Shown here: piece by piece, positions 1 to 11,282 of the stretch
How the letters are laid out: each line of letters begins with the position of its first letter
How positions within the stretch are numbered: the stretch's first letter is position 1
Assembly (NCBI GenBank): GCA_002269645.1
Contig: NIVC01000157.1
Location: forward strand, 310,001-374,000
DNA from: Macrostomum lignano
Lineage: Eukaryota
Reading direction: 5' to 3'
Length of the DNA: 64,000 nucleotides
Made by a program: the position numbers and the translations under genes
Notes under the pieces: generated by a model
What the model was told of the DNA's origin: nothing
Databases searched by the model: none
Seen by the model: the letters and a program-made list of their open reading frames with translations, nothing else

Positions 1-2329
1 CCCAAGAGGGCAGAGGAGGTGCAGCTTTCTGGGCTTTGTATTTTGGCAAAAATTCACTTGGTCCCCCTTTGGCCTTTTCCATAGGCCTAGTTTACAATTA
101 CAACATCCTGAATGTATGCCAGACTAAAATCTCCCACAATTTTTTTTGTATGCCAGTATATGGCAATTTTTTTCCAACCCAAAATTAAAATCCCAGATTT
201 AAAGAAAAAATAAGCCTCATTACGAGCCTTATTTCTTATATTGCGCCATTGTGGCGCATTGAATGACATATTTTGCTCTTTTATTTCACTTTTTTGCTTA
301 TTCACGGATACTCCTTATTGGCAGGATGTCAATACATGCCAAGATTTCTTTCATTCTTTCAAAATAAGTACTTTCTATAATTCCATTTAAATTTATTTTT
401 ATTTTACTATTTGATTTTGCAATTGCAGGAACATATATCATGATGTATGCCACTTTTTCACCATCCATTTTTTATACCAAATAGGTTGCCAAATTTAAAA
501 AAATAAAAAAAATTATATGTCAAAAGTTGTGAGTATAGGCCTATGCTAGAATTATCTGGTATACTACCCCTCTTCCAGACTAAGGCTAGGGCCGCCTCAA
601 CAATGCTTTGATTTTCAACAACTGCCCCCTGCCCCTATCCCACCCCCCCCCCCCCCCTAGTTAGGCCATTGGATCTAGGTCCTAGGTAGGTGGCAAGCCT
701 ATTATGATTTGGGATTATTATATTATAGGTCTAACGTCTAATTATATAATAGGCCTAGTACTTAATTATTCAATAAGAATAAATAGACCAATGAAAAAAA
801 ATAATTTTCAACCATCTTCTAAACACTAGGCCTAGGCCTTATAGTAAATTTTAATTAAAAACTAATTAGTGATATACTTTACTTTTTAGTTTAACCTTAA
901 CTAATTTTAGTCTTTAGTTAAACAATATATTTTGTTTTATTTGTCCATTATTTAATAAATAGATGATTGAAAAATTGGTTATTAAAATATGAATGAAAAA
1001 CTACTATTTAAAGAGTATAGCAGATTTTGATTTTTATATGTAGAGATGTATGTCACTTCTATCCTTTAAAACAATCTTATCAATTAGTCTGTTAGTCACT
1101 AGCTATAACAGGCTTCTTGTTTTTCTATATTATAAACTCTATTGATGGTCTGATGCTACCAGCTGTGATAGGTGTATCTTCCTCTGTCTTTTAAATATTC
1201 TATAGGCTGCCATCAAAGTTGTCCTATTTATATCTCTAATTATTTCTTAGAATCAGTTAATGATTTCTCTTTAGTATACTTCTAGATAGCCTCTTATATA
1301 TTAGTCTGGTACTTGTAGCATCTAATGTATTATTCTAGTAGCATCTAATGTATGGCATGAGCAGTCTAGTACTAATACATGAGTTAGTCTAATTGGGAAT
1401 TACCAAGACTAAAAGGTCATGGCAAAACTCTAATATATCTCTGCAAATTAGTCTCCAATGAGTAGCTCATTTTTGCTCAGGGCTATCTGACTTCATTTGG
1501 CAACAAGGCAATGATGATGCCTGCAGTGATGTCCTTAGCCATTTGTTGCTTATGCCGGGTACTTTCAATTGCATTGGGCAATGAAGTGATGCCTTTTTTG
1601 TCAATGTTGGGCATTAGTGGTGGCTCCATATCTTCTGATGGATTGCCAATTAGATCTTGTAGGAAGTCAATAGAGTTGTCCATTTAATTCTCTTAAAATA
1701 AAGAGGAATAGAAGTGGTAAGCTATGGGGTCTGTGGGGCCTGCAAGGGGTTCGTATTTATAGGCTGCAGGCCAAAAAACTGGACCTTTTTGAAGCACTCC
1801 CCTCGTACCTGGGGCAGGGTATGCCAGATTTGACAGATTTGACTAAACTAATAGTTGCAAAAGTTAATTACTATAAAGATTGTTGGTAGTTTTAAATCTA
1901 CTTTGTTATTGAAGTGGCTTTTATTGAAGTGAATTATATTCACAAAAAGACTATATACCATAGTTTTTCTAACAAAACTATTTTGACTTTGTAAGCTTGT
2001 TCATTAATAAATTTATTTTTTAATGAATATCTAGTGTACTTGTATATTGGTAGATATTGGCCAAATCTATAAAAAGATTTTTTTATGAAAAGAAAGGAAA
2101 TATGCAATAAAAAGTTCTATCAAATTATACATTGACCTTTCTTGTTATACATGTATACAATTTGTCTATAGCCACTATAAATGTACAATAATTAAAATTT
2201 TATAGAAAGTCAATCAATAATATTTAGCTATTTTGTAAGTTCTAGATAACTATAATATCAATGTTTTTATATTTGCCATTTTGGAGATGAAAAAATTATT
2301 GCCATAGATTGTTGAGGTTGTATAACACT

Positions 2330-2510
2330 ACCCCTGACCTTTGCGCAAGTTTCTTGCTGTAGCTCTTGAATAAAAAAAGATATCAACATGATTTTAACTT
2401 TGTATTATTTGTGACAAAATTTCCTTTCATTTGACACCATGGGCATGAAATTTCATGGCTCTGTAGAAGAGTTACGTTAGACATTCCGGGAACTTTTGGG
2501 ACACCCCTCG
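2330..2510. mobile_element. Probable Tc1/mariner terminal fragment
   Basis: Ends in cttttgggacacccctcg|TA. The reverse complement TA-CGAGGGGTGTCCCAAAAG resembles mariner-type TIRs. No partner end or ORF found; left boundary approximate. Confidence 0.4.
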
Positions 2511-3710
2511 TATATACATTTGTCTGTTATGCATGCACTAGGACTAGGTCCAACTTAAAATTTTATTTCTATTGTATATATACATATGCACCACTCAGCT
2601 AAGCTGGCCACTCTGGCTGGCTGGCTGGCAAATAGCAAGGTTCTTAGCCAAGGTAAGTTGCAAAAATGCTTACTTAAAATATCTAAAAATATAAATGTAA
2701 TATAAATTAGATAATGAAACGATTAACTTTAATAAGACAACCATAGTTACTCCTATCATTTATCCATAACTATATTAATTTTTCTTACATCTCTTTTCTA
2801 CCTAGGTAAGTTGCATTGGTAAAAAGATAAGCTGCATGGCTAGTTTAAATCATTTTTGTTATGTATATATATAATTGTATAATAATATCTCCCTCAGTGC
2901 TATAAACATTGGCTCATTATGAATCATTGAACATATTAATCATATTCATTTAGATGATATATATTGGCTCATTTACTATCATGATACCAATAGCAACTCA
3001 TTGGCTATATTGCATACATGGGACTATCAACTTATATAATTATATAAGCATCATACATAAGATAATCATCTAGGACCATTAACTCAAAAGTAAAGACAAA
3101 CATTTTTAGCAGAAAAAACTGCTTTTGGCAAATTGAATTGTGATAAATTTGACTTGTTCCTTGCCAAATCCTAACCCGAAGTAATAATATATAAGGCAAT
3201 ATTAATAAAAAGAAATTTAATGACCCAATAAAAATGTAATGATGCATTGAAATAAAGTCTAGGAGTGTGTCAGCTTAAGAGCAACATTATATTGGATGTA
3301 TTAAGTATCTAGGATAAATACTAGGTTCTAGATATTAGTTATTTAGTTAATTAGTTATTTAATACTATTTGATTTGTTATTTAAATAGCCCTATTAGTAT
3401 TCTGTGAACCTATCCGGTATTTAGTGGCCCCAAATCAGTAATCAGTGCCCTAAATATTTATCCAATGGCCCCAGTGAGTGATCCATATTACTTATTCTTC
3501 TACTTTTCTCATCAGCATTCTAAATCTAAATTGAATTTTATATAATGTATTGCATGAAAATACAAGAAAAGACTACCAATTGTATTTTTCAACAATAAAT
3601 TTGAAAATTATTTTTACTTGCTTGTCTCTTACTTGAATAAGTAAATTTATTCATAACCCTATGCTAATAGATTGGAATTTTTGTCCGCAAGCAATAATCT
3701 GAACGCAGCC

Positions 3711-5958
3711 ATGGCCAAAGTTAACATTTCAAATGTGGAAGTCCTGGACACAGAGGCCACCTTTCTCAGCCCATTTCGCTTCAAAATCACATTCGAGTGC
3801 TACGAACCGCTGGAGGAGGACTTGGAGTGGCGATTGATCTACGTTTCTAGCGCTTATAATATGTCGCTAGACCAGACTCTGGACTCCATCTTGGTCGGCC
3901 CAGTGCCAGTTGGCAAGCATCAGTTCGTGTTCGAGGCTGGCCCGCCAAATACTGACGTTATTCCAGTTGAAGATGCTGTTGGAGTCACCGTTGTGATTGT
4001 GGCCTGTCTGTATCGCGATCAGGTTTGTCGCTTTCAACTGAAAATTTTATTTCTATTAGTGAGATTGTGTACCAGGAAGTACGAAGCTCGGTTAATTCTG
4101 GTTAATTACGATTTCTTGAAGTCTGCCATCCCAAGGCGTCAGCGCCCCGAAAGATGCCCCCAGAGACAGATCCCCTCCAGAGACAGATCCCCTGAGACAT
4201 TCCCTTGAGGCTGATCCCCCAGAAAAATTCCCCCTGAGACATTCCCCCTGAGACATTCCCCCTGAGGCAGAACCCCTAGAGATATCCCCCTGAGACATCC
4301 CTTGCAGACAGATCCCCCAAAAACAGATCCCCCCAAAACAGATCCCCCAAAAACAGATCCCCCAAAAAACAGATCCTCCAAAAACAGATCCTCCAAAAAC
4401 AGATCCCCCAAAAACAGATCCCCCAAAAACAGATCCTCCAAAAACAGATCCCCAAAAACAGATCCCCCAAAAACAGATCCCCCAAAAAACAGATCCTCCA
4501 AAAACAGATCCTCCAAAAACAGATCCCCCAAAAACAGATCCCCCAAAAACAGATCCTCCAAAAACAGATCCTCCAAAAACAGATCCCCCAAAAACAGATC
4601 CCCCAAAAACAGATCCCCCAAAAACAGATCCTCCAAAAACAGATCCCCCAAAAACAGATCCCCCAAAAACAGATCCCCCAAAAACAGATCCCCCAAAATC
4701 AGATCCCCCAAAGACAACCTTAAAGACAGACCCCAGAAGACAGGCTAGCAGAGAAAACTCCATAAATAACCAGAGACAGCCTCTACTAGACTAGACAGAT
4801 TCAAGTACATCTACTCAAGCCCACCGCCGCGCACCTGCCGACAGGAGTTCATCCGCGTCGGCTACTACGTGAACAACGAGTACTCAGACGAGCAGCTGCG
4901 TGAGACTCCGCCAGACCGGCCGCAGTACGACAAGCTGGCCAGGCAGATCCTGGCCGGCAATCCGCGGATCACCAGACGCGGCATCGACTGGGGCGAGAGT
5001 GTTGCGGGCGCCACTGCGGATTCTGCCTTCGAAGCAGCCGTGGCTGGTTGCCAGGCTGTCGCTGGCGCTGCTGAGGCTGCCGACTCCGGGTCCGGTTCTG
5101 TGCAGAAGCAGCAGTCCACTGATGCAGAGCCACAGCAGCAGCAGGTATTGTGATTGATAATTTCGTTTTCATTTTATGACTGATGTTTTTTTTAAAGTAA
5201 AATTTCCTTCATAGTCCCAAGTTGAAATCATAACCTTTTAACCTTAATTAAAAATCAATACTTTATGACCCCAAATTATAAGTCAATACTTTATGACCCC
5301 TTATTAAAAATCAATACTTTATGACCCCAAATTATAAGTCAATACTTTATGACCCCTTATTAAAAATCAATTCTTTATGACCCCCAATTAAAAATCAATA
5401 CTTTATGACCCCTGAAGAAAAATTAATACTGTATGACCCCCGAAGAAAAATCAATACTTTTTGACCTCCGAAGAAAAATCAATACTTTTTGACCTCCGAA
5501 GAAAAAGCAATACTTTAAGATCCCTAAATAAAATCAATACTTTATGAACCCAAAAAATTAATACTTTTTGACCCCTGAAGAAAAATCAATACTTTATGAC
5601 CCCCAACTAAAAATCAATACTTAGTAGTCCTCAATTAAAAATCAGTTTAAGTACCAAGTAGTATATGTTGCTTTTCAAGTAGACTATGAACTCCGAAGTG
5701 TAAAGTTTAAAATTATCATTTTGGCTGCTTACTTTTGACTCTTGAAAATTGCATTGTTTTCCATTTAAGCCACTTAGCCAGTCAGCTGAGTCGCAGCAGC
5801 GGCACCAGCAGGTGTCGGAGAGTAGCAATAAAAACTCCGACACAATGGACGGTGCCAATCCGACCAGCGCCGCTAATCCTGCAGCTGCTGCGGTGGCGCC
5901 AGCTTCCTTGGTTGCTAAGGAGAATTATGACCCTGGCGTGGCTGCCAGCGCTTACTAG
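3711..5958 (+). CDS. ASF1: Histone chaperone ASF1, 3 exons: 3711-4022, 4845-5144, 5770-5958
   Basis: MAKVNISNVEVL..FECYEPLEEDLEWRLIYVSSA..LDSILVGPVPVGKHQFVFEA..DAVGVTVV..Q | EFIRVGYYVNNEY..RQILAGNPRITR is the ASF1 core. Phase-0 GT/AG junctions at 4023/4844 and 5145/5769. The third exon (low-complexity tail) is less certain. Confidence 0.95.
4140..4740. repeat. 15-bp minisatellite (AAAAACAGATCCCCC)n in ASF1 intron 1
   Basis: Period 15 seen directly; the left part is degenerate (GAGACAT/GATCCCC variants). Confidence 0.95.
5230..5630. repeat. ~29-30-bp degenerate minisatellite (AAAAATCAATACTTTATGACCCC..) in ASF1 intron 2
   Basis: About 13 recurring aatcaatacttt(a/t)tgaccc units. Confidence 0.9.
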
Positions 5959-6389
5959 GCTCCCAAAGTCCTGGCATCCTCGGCCAAGCTGTCTGCTAAC
6001 TATAATAATTATGAATTGACAGCAGGTGAAATTTTGTCTAAAATAGTTTGCTTAATTCAAAATAATTATGTCAATAAAAACTGTTAGGCATTTATAATTC
6101 TGTCTAGTGCTATTCAGTGTCATGCATATTTATAAACTGCCAGGTAAAACTATGGCTTTGACTTATACAGTAATTTATAATAATGTTAATTGCATACTTG
6201 AAAATAGTCGGTTTAAAAAATATATGAAATAAGAATAAAATTATATTATTAATGTTACTCGTAGAAATATGTGTTGCAAATTTTCTTTAACTGTATTGAC
6301 AAATTATTAAAAACTGTTTATAATATGCTTAGAAATAGGATAAGCTAGAAAAATGTTAGATTTCTAGTGGTTAAACACACTACTTGAGT

Positions 6390-8252
6390 TTATATTTCAG
6401 TAGTACTGTAGGGCCAGGCCGCTTGCGACTTTAATTGTTCTGTTTTTTCTCCTCCTCCTTCGTCTGAAGTGAAGCCTTTGTTATTAGCGGCGGCCTCGTT
6501 TGATGTGCTGACTGTACCGTAATATGGCTGCTGGTAGTTGTCGTGTGATAAGTATTGCTGCTGTGGTGCTGCCACTGGGTTCATCTGTTGTTCTCGCACG
6601 CCGAATACGTTCGATACGGCGTAGGGGCTGGCATCGTCAGGATTGGCGCTGCTGTACGGTCTCGGGTACTGGTCTGTGTGTTGGATTTGGAGTTTTCGGC
6701 AAGCTGGATCTGGGACTGTGGCAAGCGAATGGGATCTGGGACTGTGGCAAGCGAATGGGATCTGGGACTGTGGCAAGCAAATGAGATCTGGGACTGTGGC
6801 AAGCGAATGGGATCTGGGACTGTGGCAAGCGAATGGGATCTGGGACTGTGGCAAGCGAATGGGATCTGGGACTGTGGGAAGCAAATGGGATCTGGGACTG
6901 TGGCAAGCGAATGGGATCTGGGACTGTGGGAAGCAAATGGGATCTGGGACTGTGGGAAGCAAATGAGATCTGGGACTGTGGGAAGCAAATGGGATCTGGG
7001 ACTGTGGGAAGCAAATGAGATCTGGGACTGTGGGAAGCAAATGGGATCTGGGACTGTGGGAAGCAAATGGGATCTGGGACTGTGGGAAGCAAATGGGATC
7101 TGGGACTGTGGGAAGCAAATGGGATCTGGAAGGGTCGCCCATTAACTTGGATCTGTGAGGCGAACCCAGCAACTGAGGAGCTGGGAGGCTGGCCCAGCAA
7201 CTGAGGATCTGGGAGGCTGGCCCAGCACCTGAGGATCTGGCAGGCTGGCCCAGCAACTGAGGATCTGGGAAGATGGCACTGATGATCTATTGCAATAGTA
7301 AGATGACCAAGCAGCTGATGATCTATAAGTCTGGCCCAGCAACAAATATCTGAGGGTGGCAGTGTCCCAGTCTAATAAAATTAATGATTAGTGAATCATC
7401 TAAATTACGAAGAGTTGTTAGTAATAGCAGAATTTATCAAAACAAGTGTTAAAAGTCCAAAGAAGGTGGCCACAGGTCAACCAATGCTGCATTCTCACCC
7501 GAATCGGGCCGCTCCTGTTTTTCTGACTGCTTTCGTCGCCCCAGCGACGCCAATCTTGTGAAGAAGGATTTGCGCATCGTTGAACCGGCAAAGCCGCCCT
7601 GATCGCTTGCCGTTACTCTGCTGTCCACGGTTGAAACAGGCGTCTTGGTAGAGAGATGACTATTAGTTGTCTTTGACGGCTTTTTGAACAGCTTTCTTGA
7701 CGCTGCAAGTAGCAGGAGTTGGGCCAGGCTGATTACTGAAGCTGTGTACATCAGTGTCGCCGCTGGTCGCCATCCGGCTTCAGCTGAACTGAACGATGAA
7801 CTGATAATGATAGCTGGCGCCAGTTCAGCTGCTAGGCAGCCGCCTCCAATGAGCACAGCGGCAGTGGTCTGAGTGGCCGAGACTGGCCCTTGCACAGCCA
7901 CCGCACTGTAGGCTAGCATGCCCAGGTGTCCCACAATGGCTACGCTGAGAGACCAGACTGGGAACCGGCAGATCTCCTGGTTCCCGCTGCCCCTCTTGCA
8001 TACGTCGCCGGTTCGGCCTCCGCCTGCGTCACCGAAAGCTGCCACAGCCGAGGCAATCAAAGCTCCGATGTCCAGACAGGCTGACAGGCACTGACAGGCC
8101 GCGTAGATTAGCGTTAGCTGACGCGGCGTATTCAGCATTTCTGTCTGTTTTGTGTGGCTTTTACGCTGAGAACAGTTGGCTTTGCAATTTTCTGTGTGAG
8201 TCAGGGAGCCAGCGGCTTTTGTAGCGGCAGTAGCACGCAAAGAATTGGCCAT
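6390..8252 (-). CDS. Uncharacterised ~4-TM membrane protein with P/Y/Q-rich tail, 2 exons: 8252-7499, 6673-6390
   Basis: ORF with four hydrophobic segments. GTGAG donor at 7498 (phase 1) matches the CAG acceptor at 6674 (phase 1), giving G+AC=Asp and a continuous frame to TAA at 6390. The start codon could be 8252 or the later MLNTPRQ. Family not recognised. Confidence 0.65.
6690..7270. repeat. 26-bp minisatellite (GGGATCTGGGACTGTGGCAAGCGAAT)n plus a short 28-bp array, intronic
   Basis: Period 26 over 6690-7130; ggcccagcaactgaggatctgggaggct-type units over 7150-7270. Confidence 0.9.
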
Positions 8253-8734
8253 TATTCTCTGCTCTCTCCGCACTTCTTTATCCCTAGAGTCCCGCGTACA
8301 CTGGGGGGAGTTTTCAGGGAGTGTCGCAAAAGTTGGTTTGGCCTCTCTGCCCTTCTCACTCTGCCTTGGTCCCTCTCAGGGCGTTGGCATGTTGGAGTGG
8401 GTGGGATAGAAAAAAGAGGGGATCTATTATGGATACGCGATTGGGATTTCAAGGGCGGGGTTCAATCAGGCTGTATAGTTACAGTCATTGGCGCTTAATT
8501 CCCGGTCTTTCTAGTGAAGAGTCGCTAGCGGAGCCGGAGTGGAGAAGGGACACATAAGATTTTTTATTGAGTGTCGGTTCTGGTCCGGAATGGCCGGTGT
8601 GACGATCGATGTGCACTTCCTAGGGTTTCAGGGTTATGAGCCTGTTTTGCAGCAGAAACTCGGCACTGTTTCTGGGCCTTCTTATCCCTCAGGCTTGACT
8701 ATTACACTAAACATCGATCCATCGATTCTTCACC

Positions 8735-9275
8735 ACTCCAGTCTATCCAATACCAGCCCAGTTTATCCAACACCAGCCCAGTCTGTCCAACACCATCACA
8801 GTCTATCCAACACCAGCCCAGTCTGTCCAGCACCATCCCAGTTTATCCAACACCAGCCCAGTCTGTCCAACACAATCCCAGTTTATCCAACACAATCCCA
8901 GTTTATCCAACACCATCCCAGTTTATCCAAAACCATCCCAGTTTATCCAACACCAGCCCAGTTTATCCAACACCATCCCAGTTTATCCAACACAATCCCA
9001 GTTTATCCAACACCATCCCAGTTTATCCAAAACCATCCCAGTTTATCCAACACCATCCCAGTTTATCCAACACCATCCCAGTTTATCCAACACCATCCCA
9101 GTTTATCCAACACCAGCCCAGTTTATCCAAAACCATCCCAGTTTATCCAACACCAGCCCAGTTTATCCAACACCATCCCAGTCTATCCAACACCATCCCA
9201 GTCTATCCAAAACCAGCCCAGTCTATCCAACACCAGCCCAGTCTATCCAACACCAGCCCAGTCTGTCCAACACAG
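8735..9275. repeat. 20-bp minisatellite (CACCATCCCAGTTTATCCAA)n
   Basis: Period 20 seen directly; lies between the divergent 4-TM and ALKBH7 genes. Confidence 0.95.
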
Positions 9276-9363
9276 TCCTTAGCTGTCATCTATATATTAT
9301 TGCAACATCCAATCGCCGTATTCCAACCTTCATACCCGCTGAACTTTTCCTGCAATCCCCAAC

Positions 9364-10116
9364 ATGCTCAGCACCTCTCCTTCGCGTCTTCTTGTCCATC
9401 TTCTTCGGGCACATCGATGCCTCCTAGTTCGATGCTGCGCCGCCACCACAGCATCGCCGACATCCGGTCACCCTCCTCCAGTCGTTCGTGTTGAAGCATC
9501 TGACGCCGCTACTGAACAGGACATCCGCAGTCATCTCAGCCTGTTCCCCCAGTTCATCTCAGAGTCGGAGGAGGCCGCCCTGATGTCGGAGCTGCAGCCG
9601 ATTCTCCGTAAATTGCGCTACGAGTCTGCACACTGGGACGACGCCATCCAAAACTACCGGGAGACGGAGCGCACCGTCTGGTCGGATGCGAATCGCGCGC
9701 TGCTTCAGCGAGTGGCCGAGACAGCCGGACTGACCGGAAAGTCCCAGCTGGAGCATGTCCATGTGCTAGACTTGGCCGAAGACGGTCACATCCGGCCGCA
9801 CGTGGATGCGGTGAGATTCTGCGGCTCCATCATAGCGGGCCTGAGCTTGCTGTCCGACTGCGTGATGCGATTCACCCTAGCAACCGCCGAGCAATCCGCT
9901 TGGGCCAAAGTGCTGCTGCCGCGTCGGTCTCTTTACGTTATGAAAGACCGGCTGCGGTACGACTACGCGCACGCTGTGCTGGGCAATGACGATGCCAATA
10001 ATTGCATTGGAAAGCAGGTTGTGAGGAAGGGCAGGCGGGTTTCCGTCATCTGTCGGTGTCAGCCTGATCCGGAGAGAGTTAAAGCTGCCGATGGTGGCCA
10101 GGATGGATCTTCGTGA
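9364..10116 (+). CDS. ALKBH7: Fe(II)/2-oxoglutarate dioxygenase ALKBH7 (mitochondrial-type N-terminus), single coding exon
   Basis: YESAHWDDAIQNYRETER, HVHVLDLAEDGHIRPHVDAVRFCGSIIAGLSLLSDCVMRF (HxD), LLPRRSLYVM, RYDYAH, RRVSVICR are ALKBH7 signatures. Confidence 0.95.
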   Translation: MLSTSPSRLLVHLLRAHRCLLVRCCAATTASPTSGHPPPVVRVEASDAATEQDIRSHLSLFPQFISESEEAALMSELQPILRKLRYESAHWDDAIQNYRETERTVWSDANRALLQRVAETAGLTGKSQLEHVHVLDLAEDGHIRPHVDAVRFCGSIIAGLSLLSDCVMRFTLATAEQSAWAKVLLPRRSLYVMKDRLRYDYAHAVLGNDDANNCIGKQVVRKGRRVSVICRCQPDPERVKAADGGQDGSS

Positions 10117-10129
10117 TGACTGTGATGGT

Positions 10130-11250
10130 GTATGTCTGTCCTTCAATGTACATTCAATGTACAATCGTACATCGGATTCTCTGCCCCCTAATGGTTACAT
10201 TCAGCCATCATCGGATTCTCTGCCCCCCCCCCAGTGTACACCCAGCCATCATCGAATTCTCTGCCCCCCCCAATGTACATCCAGCCATCATCTGACTCCC
10301 TGTTCCCCTACTGTACATCCGACCATCGTTGGATTCTCTTGGCTCTAATGTCATCTGCCTTGAATGTACTCGTACGTCTAAATTTTGAGATATCAATTTC
10401 TGCTTTTTATTTGTGTCGCATTTTTAGCGCCTTTCTGCAGTTTCTATAAAAATACATGCTAAATTAGAGTTGTCCCATTAGAGTTTTTTTGCTTTGATTT
10501 AATGACAAGCATCCCGATTTTTCAGTGACAATTACTCCGTCGAATTCACTTTTTGGTTCAATTGTTTCAAGTGTTCCGATGCCTACCACCTACGTTAACT
10601 TTATTAATGCTAGACCATGCTCCTAATGTACTCGAATACATTCAACCCCACCCGGATTCCCTTCTCTGCTCCTAATGTACATTCAACCCACCCGGATTTC
10701 CTGCCCCTAATGTACATTCAACCCCACCCAGATTTCCTGCCCCTAGTGTACCTTCAGCCCCACCCGGATTTACTGCCCTAAGTGTACATTCAGCCCCATC
10801 CGGATTTCCTGCCCCTAATGTACATTCAACCCCACCCGGATTTCCTGCCCCTAATGTACATTCAACCCCACCCAGATTTACTGCCCTAAGTGTACATTCA
10901 GCCCCATCCGGATTTCCTGCCCCTAATGTACATTCAACCCCACCCGGATTTCCTGCCCCTAATGTACATTCAACCCCACCCGGATTTCCTGCCCCTAATG
11001 TACATTCAACCCCACCCGGATTTCCTGCCCCTAATGTACATTCAACCCCACCCAGATTTACTGCCCTAAGTGTACATTCAGCCCCACCCGAATTTCCTGT
11101 CCCAAGTGTACATTTAACCCCACCCAGATTTACTGCCCTAAGTGTACATTCAGCCCCACCCGGATTTCCTGCCCCAAGTGTACATTTAACCCCACCCGGA
11201 TTTTCTGTACATCTAACCCCTACCCGGATTACGTGCCCCTAGTGTACACT
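10130..11250. repeat. 36-bp minisatellite (CCCACCCGGATTTCCTGCCCCTAATGTACATTCAAC)n
   Basis: Period 36 is clear over 10660-11220; degenerate copies over 10130-10330. Confidence 0.9.
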
Positions 11251-11282
11251 CTGTCACTTAGCCTCTCCATAAGATAACAAAA

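Noticed and set aside
87-1683. Short minus-strand ORFs (QWRNIRNKARNE; PLMPNIDKK) as a possible Myb/SANT transposon accessory gene
   Set aside because: Only a faint trihelix-like resemblance; no splice-consistent model or transposase motif could be supported.
4092-4763. Pentapeptide-repeat-like ORFs (GGSVF)n / (KNRSP)n
   Set aside because: A 15-bp repeat inside ASF1 intron 1.
8539-9282. 247-aa Pro/Ser/Gln repeat protein
   Set aside because: Open only because of the 20-bp array; no recognisable domain or splice support.
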